Shown here: positions 50,580 through 63,329 of the stretch, piece after piece | Numbering within the stretch: the first letter of the stretch is position 1 | Layout of the letters: every line of letters begins with the position of its first letter | Origin: Octopus vulgaris | Taxonomy: Eukaryota | Length of the DNA: 64,000 nucleotides | Direction of reading: 5' to 3' | NCBI GenBank assembly: GCA_951406725.2 | Contig: OX597832.1 | Location: 4,836,001 to 4,900,000 of the forward strand | Made by a program: the position numbers and the translations under genes | The notes under the pieces: generated by a model | The model's input: the letters and a program-made list of their open reading frames with translations, nothing else | What the model was told of the DNA's origin: nothing | The model's database searches: none

Positions 50580-52499
50580 GTAGGTACTTTAATTTTAATT
50601 CTTTTATGTTCTTCCCATGTTGTAGATATTAGTTTGTTTATATTTTGAGGTCAGTTGTTTCAAACATTCATCTTTCTTCTTTCTTCACTAAATATCAGTA
50701 TTAATTAGTATATGTAAACTATTTCATTAATAATCAGCAAAACTTACAGAGTGAATCAAGGGCTGAGAACTTCATGCATTGATAAGTGCCAAGGTACAAA
50801 ACTCTCAGTCCTTGAGTCACTATGCACCTTCTGCTGATTAATAATAAAACACACACACATATGAGTTCTATTTTCCTGTATGCAATAAAGCATGTGTAGG
50901 TGTTCCTGTCAATGTAGAAGTTATCATGAAATAAAGCATATTTTCCTGTACGCATCACCAAACCTATATGAAAACAAGTGACGCAATCAATGGTGTCAAG
51001 TGTAATCTTGTAAAAAATAATTACAACAAAATAGCTAACTGTAATATGGTGAGAAATTACATTAGGAATCTTTCAGCTCATTCGTACTGAACTGAAGACA
51101 TTATATAAACTGTATGAGTTAAATAAGTCATACCAGTAAAGTGAAAAGTCATTCACTTCAATCATATATATTCATTTGATATATTTACCATCAGGTTTTC
51201 AGTATAAGCAACTTACTACTTTGCTCAATCCTGCATTGTCTTGTTTCTGAAATCCTGAGACTTTCTATCATTGCTTTTCATCCCTTTCTTTGTCACAGAT
51301 ATCTTAAAATAATGATTTCAAATTTTGGCACAAGGCCAGCAATTTTAGTGGAGAGGTAAGACAATTTCTATGATATCAATGTTCACTTGGTACTTATTTT
51401 ATCGATCTCTAAAGGATGAAAGGTAAAATCAACCTCAGCAGAATTTGAACTCAGAGCATGATGACAGATGGAATGCCACTAAGCATTTTGTCTGGCATGC
51501 GAATAATGATTCTGCCAGCTTGATATTTTACAAATGATAATGAGCTTATGTATGTAATGCTCAGCTGTTCTACAACTCATCAGAAAAGAGTAAACAAGGA
51601 GACAGAAAGCAGCAATAAGTCAAATAAAGAAACACAATAATGATAGCCAAATGTGTGCAGTATAGATGGAATATGACACAAAAAGACAGGTGCTGCCCCT
51701 TCGGCATGTTTAATCTACTAAAGCTTTTACCTTGTGAGTGAATTTGGTGGAAGGAAACTGTGTGGTGCCATAGTATGTATTTGTGTATTTGTGTTTGTCT
51801 CCCCACCACTACTTGACAACCAGTATTGGTTTGTTTGCATCCCCATCACCTAGTGGTTCAGCAAAAGAAGCTGACAGAATAAGAACCAGACTTAGTTATA
51901 AATACTAGAAGTGATTTGTTTGATTAAATCCTTGAAGGTAATGCCCAGCATGGCCACAGTTTGTTTACTGAAACAACTAAGAAAAAAGTGAAAAAAAGTC
52001 ATCAAGAGGAAAGGATGGTACATCAGGAATAGTGTTGGCTAATTTCAGAAAGAACAGAAATTTCAGAGGATGCAGTGTCCCTGACAGCTAACAACCACCA
52101 CTGGTAGTTTATTCTATGCTTCAACAATTCTGAACATAAAAATATTGCAGTCAATATGTAGTACTTTCTCGCCAGCACTCATTTATTTGCTATACATGTG
52201 TATAGCAAATAAATGTGTATTCCCTTACAAAGCTTATTGATTATCAGTTAAAAGATTGCAAATTATTGGAAATTATGTTTTAAGAGTTAAATCTTAAGAT
52301 AATTTGCTTATAATAAAAATGAAATGGCCACAGTTATTATACTAAATTTGATTTAACATCACATGCAGAAGACTTTTATATCTGTGTAGTCTGGAAAAAA
52401 CTATGAAACTGAAACATCAGATATTAATAAAAGCTACAACTCAAGTATAATTTGCTTTAAAATAGCTTTGAAAGCCACCACAACTACTGTTGTTTTCTA

Positions 52500-55090
52500 T
52501 TATAGGCTTATTCCGTTTCCCACTCACACAGTGAGTGTTTGACCAAGAGTGTTTGAAGCATTACTTCAAACAGTCTTGGTCTCTTTCTCACCTCCAAAGT
52601 CTGTCTCTGTACCTATTGGAAGTTCCAACTTCTACTTCATTGAAGCTGTCCTACACACACTCACATATTGCACAATACCCTCCTCCTTCTAGACACTAGT
52701 CCTTCAAGACACCCAACTAGTTGAGGATTCATATTTTTCACTTCTTATCCTTGGCAGTACACATGCTTACTCTTGACCCATCAGAAATAATTGAGTGAAT
52801 AACATCTTTTCAGGCATGTCCCACCACATCCCACACACAACAAAATCTCAATGTCTCAAGTCCACACTGTTCACACACACACACACACAAAGGCCTGCAA
52901 TGCTTGGAGAGTGTCACCCACTCCACAAACCTGGAAGTTGTTCACCCAGCAGTGCAATTTTTTGTAAGACCATTATCCAGTGTGCAAAGGATGCTTTCAT
53001 GTACCATGTGGGCCTCAAGCTTTCTCACCTCCAAAACTACAGCCAATCCTGTGAGTCCCTGGCTAATAGAATCTCCACCAACTTTGTGGAGATTTCTTTT
53101 CCTCCTCTTGAGAATAATGATGCCTCTGTAAACAGTACCACCCATGGAGAAAGCCTCTTCTTCACTGCTTGCTTTGTGTCCATCTTTACACTACACATCC
53201 CCATCTGAGAACTTCCAAATCTACTCCCTTCTTTTCCAGTAGGCTCCCCATCTTGCACACATACATCAAGTGCAGAAATACCTCCAGCTGCTTCAAATAA
53301 ACAAGGCCTTTGACTCTGATTATGTCTCTTCCATTACAATCAAACATTGAGCTCCAGAACTTGCTCCTGCACTCACCAAACTCTCCCATCTCTTACTCTC
53401 TATGACAATTTACCTGACATTTAGAAGTATGCCTTTGTATGTTTCATTCAAAAGAAAAGTAACCCCTCTAGGCTAGCCCATTATTGTTCTGTTGCTCTCA
53501 TCTGTAACATTTCTAAGGTAATGGAAACAGCTATTAACATAGACATTTTCCAACACTTTGAATCTCTGTTTCCTCAGTGACCACCAGCACAGCTTCTGCA
53601 GAGCCAGATCCCCTGGAGACCTTTTTGCTTATGTCTCACCAGTGAGAAAAGCAAGCTATGTTGAAGCCCCAGCAAAGCTTTCAATTATGTCTGCCATGCA
53701 AATTATCTGTCAATATCTTAGGATTTGTAAGGTAACAAGCTGGCAGAATCATTAGCACATCAGGCAAAATATCTAGTGATATTTCATCCATCTTTGCATT
53801 CTGAGTTCAAATTCCTCTGAGGTTGACTTTGCCTTTCATCTTTTTGAGATGGGTAAAATAAGGACCAGTTGAGCACTGTGGTCATTGTATCCCTTCTCCT
53901 GAAATTGCTGGCCTTGTGCCAAAATTTGAAACTAATATCTTGGAATTTGATACATCCTTTCTGATCACACCATTGTGACATTTGTTAAGAAAACCCTTTC
54001 TGCCCCTTCTTTCAATCAACGCAGGTGTTCCTCAGGATTTTGCTTTTGTGCAACACTCTCATCTTTTTGTACATCAATGATCCACTTGCTGTCACATCCA
54101 ACAGTGCCCACTCTTAAGCAGATAGCATAACCTTTCATTCCTCCCTATTTTTGGCAACTATGCATCATCCAGATGCAGCTAAGCTACTACATGCCAAACC
54201 TGTATTGATTCCATAAATGGAAACCATGAGAAAATCCTTCAGTGTGGTTCCACGATCTTGTTTTTTTTAATTTTTAAAATATATTTTTACAGCAAAAAAA
54301 AGACTCATATAAAACATTGCCACATAACACCTCCACTAAACACGAACAGTACCCTCACAGTTGCTCCAAATACTGGACCTCACAATTACTGAGTGTCTCT
54401 CCTGGTGAGATGATAGATATCCTGAGTATAGCTGGGACCACATCCGAAAGAGTGGCCCTTTCTCTTCAAGGCCAGAAAATACTTTAGTCCTTAACAGCTG
54501 CTAACAGACTTCAAGGCTCAAGTAAGACATACAATGGTGTATTGCTTTCACATCTGGGAAAGTACTGCCAGCATCTAGAGAAGAGCCATTCAATTAATTA
54601 GTATTCACTCACTAATAGACACACTCCAGCTTCTGACCCACAGCTGTGCTACCTCTTTTCTCTGCCTTTTCTATCATTATACTCTAACTATTATACTCGG
54701 TCCTTCTTCCCCAGAATGTCTGAAATCTTCTCCTTTCTCTTGCCTTTTCTGCATGTGTTTGCCTGAAACACTAATAGCATCAAGCTACCTAGTTTCAGAG
54801 GGCCTACAGAAATCAAAGACAGTACCTTTCCCTCCAGACTCAACAATGGTTTCTGTTCCTCAGAGCTGGTTGGTCCCACCCACCACCACTCAAGCACTTC
54901 AATCTCACTTGTCTTCCTACCGCTTGTCACTTTGGATATCCAATCCCTGAGTGCCACACTAACCATTATATTCAGTCCTTCCTCTTTAGAATGTCATGCC
55001 TCTGGAATCTTCTCCCTTCTTTTTGTCTTTCCTGCAGCTGTGAACCTACAGCTGTTTAAATGAAACATTAACAACATCAAGCTAACTAGT
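52500..55090 (+). mobile_element. Highly decayed CR1/Jockey-group LINE (with a SINE at 53728-53935)
   Basis: ISKVME, LSDHQHSFCRARSPGDL, INAGVPQD, YINDPL, FKAQVRHTMVYCFHIW motifs. Confidence 0.7.
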
Positions 55091-55351
55091 CTCAGAGGAT
55101 CAGAAAATAATCAAAGATAATACCCCTTCCTTCAGACTCAACAAATGAAATAAAATAACAATTTCTCTTTATTCTTTCTCTTACTCTTTCAATTACAAAA
55201 TCAGTTATACACTCAAAATAAAAAATTAATAGCTATTTGCTTCAAATACATTTAAAATGTTCAAACTACTAATGCTTTCTATAAACTTCATAACATAAAA
55301 TTTTCATTTAGTCTTTGATAACAAATTTTCAGTCTTTTTTTTTTTTATGTA

Positions 55352-55738
55352 TATCTCTCTATATATAAACGGCAGTTTGTCTGTGTGTGTTTCTGTGTGT
55401 CTGTTTGGTTGTACCCTCACTCTGACCACGGCTTTCAACCGATTCTGATGAAATTTGACACACACATAGCCCAATGTCATAATTCAAAACTAACGCAGCG
55501 AAAATTTTGAAAAGTTCCCCCAGTTCTGGAAAAAATCGATAAATTCGACATGGGGTCGAGAATCAGAAACACAAACCACAGACTGTCTAGGGGACGCAAC
55601 TCCACCTTTTTAACTCTCAAAAAAAATTTACCATCATTTTTTTCCCATCTTTTTGCTATATTTTGGCTATAACTATCTAAAAATGCTTTATAGTTATTTC
55701 CCTTACAAACCCGAGCAACGCCGGGCGATACTGCTAGT
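55352..55738 (+). mobile_element. Non-autonomous Helitron-like element
   Basis: 5' ATCTCTCTATATATAAACGGCA shared with the 9531 family; 3' hairpin CCCGAGC-AAC-GCCGGG followed by CTAG-T. Confidence 0.75.
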
Positions 55739-56094
55739 AACTAAATATTTCTAATTATATTTATGGATTTGTGAGTTTTATTAACTCAAGTATATTGTGC
55801 AACATGAAATCCAATTAGCTGTTCAACCAGTCCTTCGAACATGTTCTTTCAAAGACATAAGAACCCCTATACTAATGCCAATACTTAGTTATCTACCTTT
55901 ATCTAGAGTAAGAAAACACTAAAATTTCCAAAACGCTGTGTACTCACTTTTTACAATATATCAGCAAATATCAATGAAAGATCACTACACTTTATAAGTA
56001 TGATTCTGATGATCAACTCAGAACCAAACAGAAGATATGTCATACACTTGGAATGTTGAAACTATTTTCACTTGAACAACTGATACAACACTGT

Positions 56095-56204
56095 TCTATA
56101 TTTAAGAGATGAGGAATTATGTACATTATGTATGGGCACAAGGCATAGTGGTCAAGAGCACGGGCTACTAACCCCAAGATTCCGAGTTCGATTCCAGGCT
56201 GTGA

Positions 56205-56243
<39 letters not shown>

Positions 56244-56393
56244 TAATAATTACATTGAAATTTACCTTAGGAATGAGAACCCAGGTTCAAAAATTTCCCC
56301 AAGACTCCTGATGAAGGCTGGAGGGTTGTATCAGCTGAAACATGTTAACAACAAACAAGATGAGGACAAATATCCGTCAAATGTAAATAATGT
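56095..56393 (+). mobile_element. Hammerhead-containing tRNA-headed short retroelement, copy 2
   Basis: 11-bp TSD TACAACACTGT (56084-56094, 56394-56404); A box GGCATAGTGG, B box GAGTTCGATTCC; (AAT)n; CTGATGA-A-GGCTG...CAGCT-GAAA at 56308-56340. Confidence 0.85.
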
Positions 56394-56429
56394 TACAACA
56401 CTGTCTTTTATCCTTTATTACCTCAAAGA

Positions 56430-57400
56430 TTCTTTCAGTATCCAGATTGTTTCCTTAGAAACATTGGTCATCAATAACAAATCTCAAACCTTGATATTTC
56501 ATTTGTGCTGCATACTCTTTCTGTTGAGTTGGTAGTAGTAGGATATTACTGGGTCCATGTTCTTTTGATAAATCAGTAAGATATTGGATCTGTTGCCCAT
56601 TTTCCAGAAAGTTTAAAACTTATTGAAAAAGATTGCTTGATGTGCACACACACTAAGATCATTTGTACTCTGAGTTCTTTATCAGAGTACATTCATTTTC
56701 CATTATAACTTCACAGAAAACTGTGTGTATGCAGCTCTTCATGTATGACTGAATCTAAAACCTTCCATCAAGAACAAATCAGCCTTTACTCGACGCTGGC
56801 AAAATGAGATACTGCAGGATAATTAAGTTCCCACTAAATCTTCCTTTGAAGTAATTGGCTAGAGATCTGGTGAACACCCTATCTTCAAACTGGTTCTTTA
56901 ATCCCTTTTTATGCCAATTAGATATATTCCTTTATTAGATGTACAGAAGATAATTTTTCTCTTTTTGATATGAATTTCTTGTTGATATATATGACATGAG
57001 TAAAAGCCATTTCCAAATGAACTGTTTGAACATTCAGGTGTGTGAAAATTATATCATACCATTTCATCAAACATCTTTTTCTTTATCCTCAAAAATCCCA
57101 ATTGTAGTCTCTCAGTAATCAGTATTTGACTGCAGAAATCTGACAATTGTTATGTGAGAGGAGACTGATATTTCCTGTAGATTACACACCATATCAAGAT
57201 TCAATGGTGAACTATCAAAGTTTAGCTAAGATTAAGTTCTTGTTCAGATGCCCAGTACAGAGATCTATGTTTCTTCAGTTTCAATATTGCAGATTCTTTT
57301 GGCATCATAGGGCACTTTCAACAGTCTACTGGAAACCTGCAAACCTCTAGAATTCTCTTCCTACTTAAATTTTTCCTGCAGATGTTGGTTTGGAGTTGTT
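56430..57400 (-). mobile_element. BEL/Pao LTR-retrotransposon integrase relic
   Basis: Minus-strand remnants KWYDIIFTHLNVQTVHLEMA, SNKGIYLIG and I*WELNYPAVSHFASVE*RLI, in the order of the BEL/Pao motifs FTCL..RAVHLE / SDNGTNF / W.F.PP.A.H.GG.WERLI. Confidence 0.65.
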
Positions 57401-57509
57401 AAAACTCAGTAATAACTCATCAATCTTATTTAGGATAACCAAGAGTACTGCCTATTCTTTCAAACTTAACAATACTTTCAACACTACCTTTAAAACCACA
57501 ATTCTAAAA

Positions 57510-57560
<51 letters not shown>

Positions 57561-59340
57561 CATCTTTTCCACAGTTGGCACAAGGCCAGAAATTCTGTAG
57601 GAATTGGATAGTCAATTACATTGGCCTGGTATATATTTTATCAATGTCAACTGGATGAACGCAAAGTCAGCTTTGATAGAATTTGAACTCAGAATGTAAA
57701 ACCAGAAGAAATGTCACTAAGTATTTTGCCCAGCATGCTCTACAATACTGCCAGATCTTCCACCACTGTTTCTAATACTGTTTTTATTAATACTCCTACC
57801 AATTTCTATTTTGACAAAATGCACAGAATTTAATAACATCATTATCATCATAAATTTACATCTTTTTTCTTTCCATAGCTGGAATAGGTTGAACAGTTTG
57901 GCTTTATTTTTATTATAATAGATAAGAATTTGAGTTCTTGAGTTCTTCTGAGCTAGTAGTCTAATGTATTATTGGCCTCTTCATGTCAACAGGTTCTGGC
58001 AATGAACTTTTTCTTTTGTACAGTATGGTAACCCAGCACAATTTAAGAATATAGCAAATTATAAAAAGACTCTTTTGACATCTTATTAAATTTAATTTTT
58101 ATCGAATCTATTCAATTTCAATCTGACTCACACTGATTCACATTTTTTATATTGATGACTACTGATTGAGTGTTTCCTTAAAGTAAAAGTTTATTAAAAA
58201 AAATAATTTGAAAGATTATTCATTCTATTATGATCTATGACAGTGTTCTCTGTGTAACAATAGCAGATTCTTGGCAACTACTTATCAAATGAACACTAAT
58301 TAGATAGGCTTGTTCATTGATGTTGAAAATTTGATATATTGCGACTCAAAATTCTTTGAATTTTGATCTTATTCAGTAATGATTTTAACAAATATAATGG
58401 AAATTATCTGAGATGCAACAACACTAGGCTAAAACCTTTTATCATCATCATCACCATCATTTTAGCTTTTAGTTTTACATTATGACCTGGATACAAGGTC
58501 TGTATCCTAGGCTATCTCATCTGTCAACCCCAAAGGTCGCATATCTGAGCTCATCCTATCCTCTCACATCTTCCTTGGTCTTCTTTTACTTCAAGAATCC
58601 ATTATCCAGTCTGTATCATCTGTTATTAATCCATATTATTGCAAATGTTATTTCTATGCCCAACTGCTTTCTCAGTACATTCGTTCTCAGTAAAACATAA
58701 GAATTGCATGAATAAATTAAATTGAGTAATTTTGTTATATATTTTTCATTCATTCTATGTTGAGATAAAATTAGACAAACTGTGATAAAATTTGATGAAT
58801 TTTTTTATAAATTTCTCCTTTTTGTCTCTAGCATCTAGTGATAAAATTTAAATTACAAATTTATAGTAGTATATTTACAAGGAAATGTATAGATTATTTT
58901 TTTAAGTGTTTCCTAATTGAAGTGAGATTTTGCAATAAAATCTATTCAATTACATAACAAAAAAGTAATTCTTCATCAAAAGCTAAAATCGGTTTCAAAA
59001 TTTGGCACAAGGCCAGCAATTTCTGGGAGGAGTAAATCGATTACATCGACCCCAGTACTCAACTTGTATTTATTTTAACAACCCCAAAAAGATGAAAGGT
59101 AAAGTCAGAACATAAAGACGGTTGAAATACCACAAAACATTTTGCCTCGTCACTACCTTAACAAAAGCTAATATTTGAAGAAAATCCTAGTAACAAGTCA
59201 CTTCAATTAGGTTAGCTGCTACTATTATCATGAATATCACCCAATTATTTCAGTGTCATTTTTTAATAAAATTACATTATAAAGCATGAAGAGTACCTTG
59301 CGGTGTTCCTAACCATTCAGTTGTTGTTTTTTCCTTCCAG

Positions 59341-59649
59341 TTATTAAAAAGAAGTATTTGATTTTAGAGGAAGTTCTGTCTCGGCCAGACTGTGATGTGA
59401 ATGCAACTGATTGTTATGGATGGACAGCTCTTCATCATGCAGCACATAAAGCAACTGGGGTGAAACAACTACTGAAAGCAGGAGCAAATCCTAATGTGTA
59501 CAATGACAGTGGTAACACACCTCTTATGCTGGCAGCAATAGAGGGGTTCTCAAAAGTTATCCATCTTCTAACAAAAGCCAATTGTGATGTTAATATGAAA
59601 GACAGCTCTTCAGCTCAGAAAACAGCTATGCACATCATAGCTTTGAAAG
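59341..59649 (+). CDS. ASB-like gene, ankyrin-repeat exon
   Basis: Acceptor ttccttccag; CDVNATDCYGWTALHHAA, GANPNVYNDSGNTPLMLAA, KTAMHIIALKG; donor AAG|GTATCT; phase 1-1. Confidence 0.93.
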
Positions 59650-60074
59650 GTATCTTTCTAACTATTGATCTATAAATGTATGTATATCAATATGAAAATA
59701 TAATGTGTGTGTGTAAATATACTCTTTCCACATGTTGTAGCCTCTCATTGTGATACTTCTATGCCTCCAGTGTAAGTTTATTTTCATTCATACACACTTC
59801 TCACCTACAACATCACAATTTTCTCTGATGCACTGTCTTCCAATGCAGAACACCTCATGCCCCTAGTCCTTACTCTGTAGAAGTTTGTCAAACCTCTTCC
59901 TTTCTGCTTCTTCCCTCATCAACTACACCTGTCTCCTAGCTTCACTTTGAGATAGATGGCATAGTTCTCTGTTGTGCCAGTCTTCCAATCTTCCCCAGCC
60001 TGTCTCTTTGCTTCCATAGCTCTACTTGTTCTACCACCACATCACCCTTGCTCTGCTTGCAACTTTGCACCAGC

Positions 60075-60713
60075 CACAGGTCTGGACATGTGATGAGAAA
60101 TGGATACTCTTTGACAACAGCAGGAGAATAGGACAGTGATTAGATGCAGGAGACTCAACTAAACACTACCCAAAACCACCATTGCACCCTTAAAAAGTTA
60201 GTGGTCACTGTATGGTGGTCTATGAAGGGGTTATTCATTGTTTATTTTTGCAACAAGGAAAAACAGTAACAGCAACATCGTATTGCCAGTTAATTGATTA
60301 TATGCATGAGAATTTGAAAAAGAAGCAACCCAAACAAGTGAATAAAGATGACCCACTTTTGCTCCACGACAATGCACGTCCTCACACTTCAAAAGATATG
60401 GTCCAAAAGTTGCAAAGCCTGAATTATGAGATTTTACATCATCTTCCCTATATCTCTCCTACTGATTATCACTTATTTAAGCATTTTGAGCTTTTCATAT
60501 GCACTTAAACATTCTTAAACAGAGAAGAGGTGATTGAAGCATTCAGACAGTTTATCACAGCAAAAGATGGAATGTATGACTTAGAGAAATGTTGGGTAAA
60601 GGTCATAAATGAACATGGATCATACCTTGATTAAATAAATCAGTTCTCTAACATTTCTGAAACATTTTATTGTTACTTTTCAAATACAACATTTCATGTG
60701 TGACAACCTAATA
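60075..60713 (+). mobile_element. Mariner transposase 3' relic
   Basis: WTCDEKWI, LLHDNARPH, LPYISPTDYHLF; right TIR ending acaacctaata. Confidence 0.88.
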
Positions 60714-60775
60714 TTTAAAATAAGATATTAATCTTTATCATCTTAATCAAAAGACAGAAAAACAGACAAAGAGGC

Positions 60776-61503
60776 TATCTCTTTATAGGTGAAAGTCAGT
60801 TGCAATGGGAGGTGTTGAATCTCATATAAACGAAAAAACAAACAACAACAAATGGGTTGTACCTTATGATGGAACTCTTTTAAGAGCTGTTAAATGCCAC
60901 TGCAACATTGAAATCGTTGCCTCAGTGAGGTAAATTAAGTACGTCATCAAGTACACGCTGAAAGGAAATGACCAAGTTGCTGTTCAAATAAACAATGTTA
61001 ATGGAATTAGTCAATACCTAACGGGTAAGTATATTTGACCATCTGAAGCAGTTGCATCCATTTTAGGATTTTCAATTCATGAATGAGCACCTGCAATAGT
61101 GAGACTGCAAGTTCACCTGTCAGATGAACAAAGAATATGTCTCAGAAATAATGAAGATGTATATGACTGTCAATGAACAACATTGTCAGAATTCTTTTTA
61201 TTGTGTATTAATCATGATTTAGCAAAAACATGACTTTATGTTGAAGCACCCATTTATTTCACTTGGAACTAACAAAGAATGGCAAAGAAGAAGGTGAGGA
61301 AAAAAAGTTGAAGACCATTTGAATGTTTTCAAAGAAGAAACATTTGGTTGTGTTTATGTTGCCATAGCAAAGGCAGGAGAACTGTATTATTTAAGAATTT
61401 TATTGCATGAAGTTTAAAATAGTATTTTTTCCTTTTCTGCCACGCATTGATATTTTCAACTTGGAGTGGTTGTGACCCAACAGGTCACAGTAAGTACATC
61501 TAG
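60776..61503 (+). mobile_element. Internally deleted Helitron with a Rep-domain remnant
   Basis: NKWVVPY, CHCNIEIVASVR*IKYVIKYTLKGND, PSEA...ILGFSIH, VRLQVHL, ELYYLRILL; 3' hairpin TGTGACC-caaca-GGTCACA then CTAG. Confidence 0.8.
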
Positions 61504-62573
61504 TATATATTATATATAATATATATATATATTTATACACACACACACATATCATCATCATATTTTATCTTTTACTTGTTTCAGTCATTAGACTGCAGCC
61601 ATGCAGGGGCATTGCTTTGAAGAGTTTTTAGTCAAACAAATCAACCTTAGTACTTTTTTCTTTTTTAAATTGGTACTTACTCTATTTGTTCCTTTTGCTA
61701 AACCACTAAGTTACAGAGATATAAACAAACCAACACCGAATGTCAAGCAGTGATGGGGGACAAAAACAGACACAAAGACACACGCATCATCTTCCTTTAA
61801 CAACTATTTTTCATGCAGGCATGGGATGGACAGTTTGATGGAACTGGCAAGCCAGAGAGCTACACCAGATTCCAGTCTGAATTGGCCTGGTTCTATGGCT
61901 GGATGCCCTCTCTAACACCAACCACTGTGACTGGGTGCTTTTAACATGACATTGGCATCAGCACATTTACATTGTACCAGCACGAGTGCTTTTTACATGG
62001 CACCTGCATAAAATGGGCTTTTTTATTAGTTTTTACCTACCAAATCCACTCATGAGGCTTTGATCGGCCTGAGGCTATAATAGAAGGCAGTTGCCCAAGG
62101 TGCTATGCAGTGGGACTGAACCCAGTACCATATAGTTTGGAAGCACGCTTCTTACCACATAGCCACACCTGTCCCTATATATATATATATTATATAAATA
62201 TAAATAAATTTTATATATTATATGAATATATTTGTATATATGGGGAACAGATTTTCTTTCATACATGTTTCATTAAAACAACTATGTCCCAGGACTGCAT
62301 TTACATATCTTTACATCAGTCTTAAGCAGTTAGTTTGGAATAAGAAAGTTCCTAGTTCCTTATTCAACATTTCCATACACACACATGTATGTGATATGTA
62401 TATATGCATGTGTATGTATATATGTATGTTTACATATACACAGAGATATAAATCTATACATACACATAATGTAAATAATTGGTTTTTATCTCTTTATTTG
62501 ATACCGTTTTAAAATTTTATTGTTAACTTTAGTTCTTTTTTAATACTTTATTCTTTTTTCTCTTTTTCTTTAG

Positions 62574-63064
62574 GTCACTCTGAATGCATTGAAGACATGT
62601 TAGAGGCTGGGCTGGATTTGAATATTTTAGACAATGAATATCGAACACCTCTGTGGTATGCTTTATACAGTGGACGATTTGAAGCTGTTGAATCATTATT
62701 GAAGTATACAAGTCATGTTGCTTCTTTTAATTGTCCCGCTCACGCTCCAGAAACATCTTGCCCTGTAAAGCTTGCATTTTTAAAAGGGGCTAAAAAAGTC
62801 ATTAAACAGTTCATACTGATTGGTTTTGATAAAGATCATATTCGATATTATATACAGAATTCTGATGATGTTACTGCTGACTGGACGACTGTAGACCAAA
62901 ATGACTGGTTTTCTTTTATTCAGCAGCCACTGACACTTCTGCAAATTAGCAGAATATGGATACGCCATTATCTGGGAAGATTATTTTACCTTAATGTTTC
63001 AAAGCTCCCTTTGCCAAAATCTTTCCAAGATTTCCTACTTTTCTCTGACTTCAAAAATATTTGA
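62574..63064 (+). CDS. ASB-like gene, last coding exon (ankyrin repeat plus SOCS box)
   Basis: Acceptor tttttctttag; G|GT join gives ALKGHSECIEDMLEAGLDLNILDNEYRTPLWYA; SOCS box PLTLLQISRIWIRHYLG...VSKLPLPKSFQDFLLF; TGA at 63062-63064. Confidence 0.93.
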
Positions 63065-63123
63065 AGTCTGTATTAATTTAATTTTGTGGTAACCACATGT
63101 TTTCTTTTATGTAACATGTTTTA

Positions 63124-63329
63124 AATAAATTATTTTTTATGCAGCTTTTATATCATTGTGAGTTTTTTTCTTTTTGTTGGTACAAAGCAAACAAACATGC
63201 ATCCATACATTAAGTAAGCTTTGCAGTCACAACACAAATCATGACATATTTTCAGTGATCAGAATTAAGGCCGCTAAGAGGGAACACAATATATGTAAAT
63301 ATGTATCAATCGCAATGTGGAAAAATAAA
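63124..63329 (+). terminator. Candidate polyadenylation signals of the ASB-like gene
   Basis: AATAAA at 63124-63129 and 63324-63329 downstream of the stop; the AT-rich context makes chance hits likely. Confidence 0.35.

Noticed and set aside
52180-52215. 17-bp perfect palindrome (also small hairpins at 52541-52581 and 28908-28970)
   Set aside because: Short, AT-rich or microsatellite-associated and within repeat debris; no evidence of function
50584-59340. A missing ASB-like exon suggested by a phase mismatch
   Set aside because: The GTAGGT donor at 50580 joins directly in frame to 59341 and restores a normal ankyrin repeat (TPLIISIIKKKYLILEEVL)
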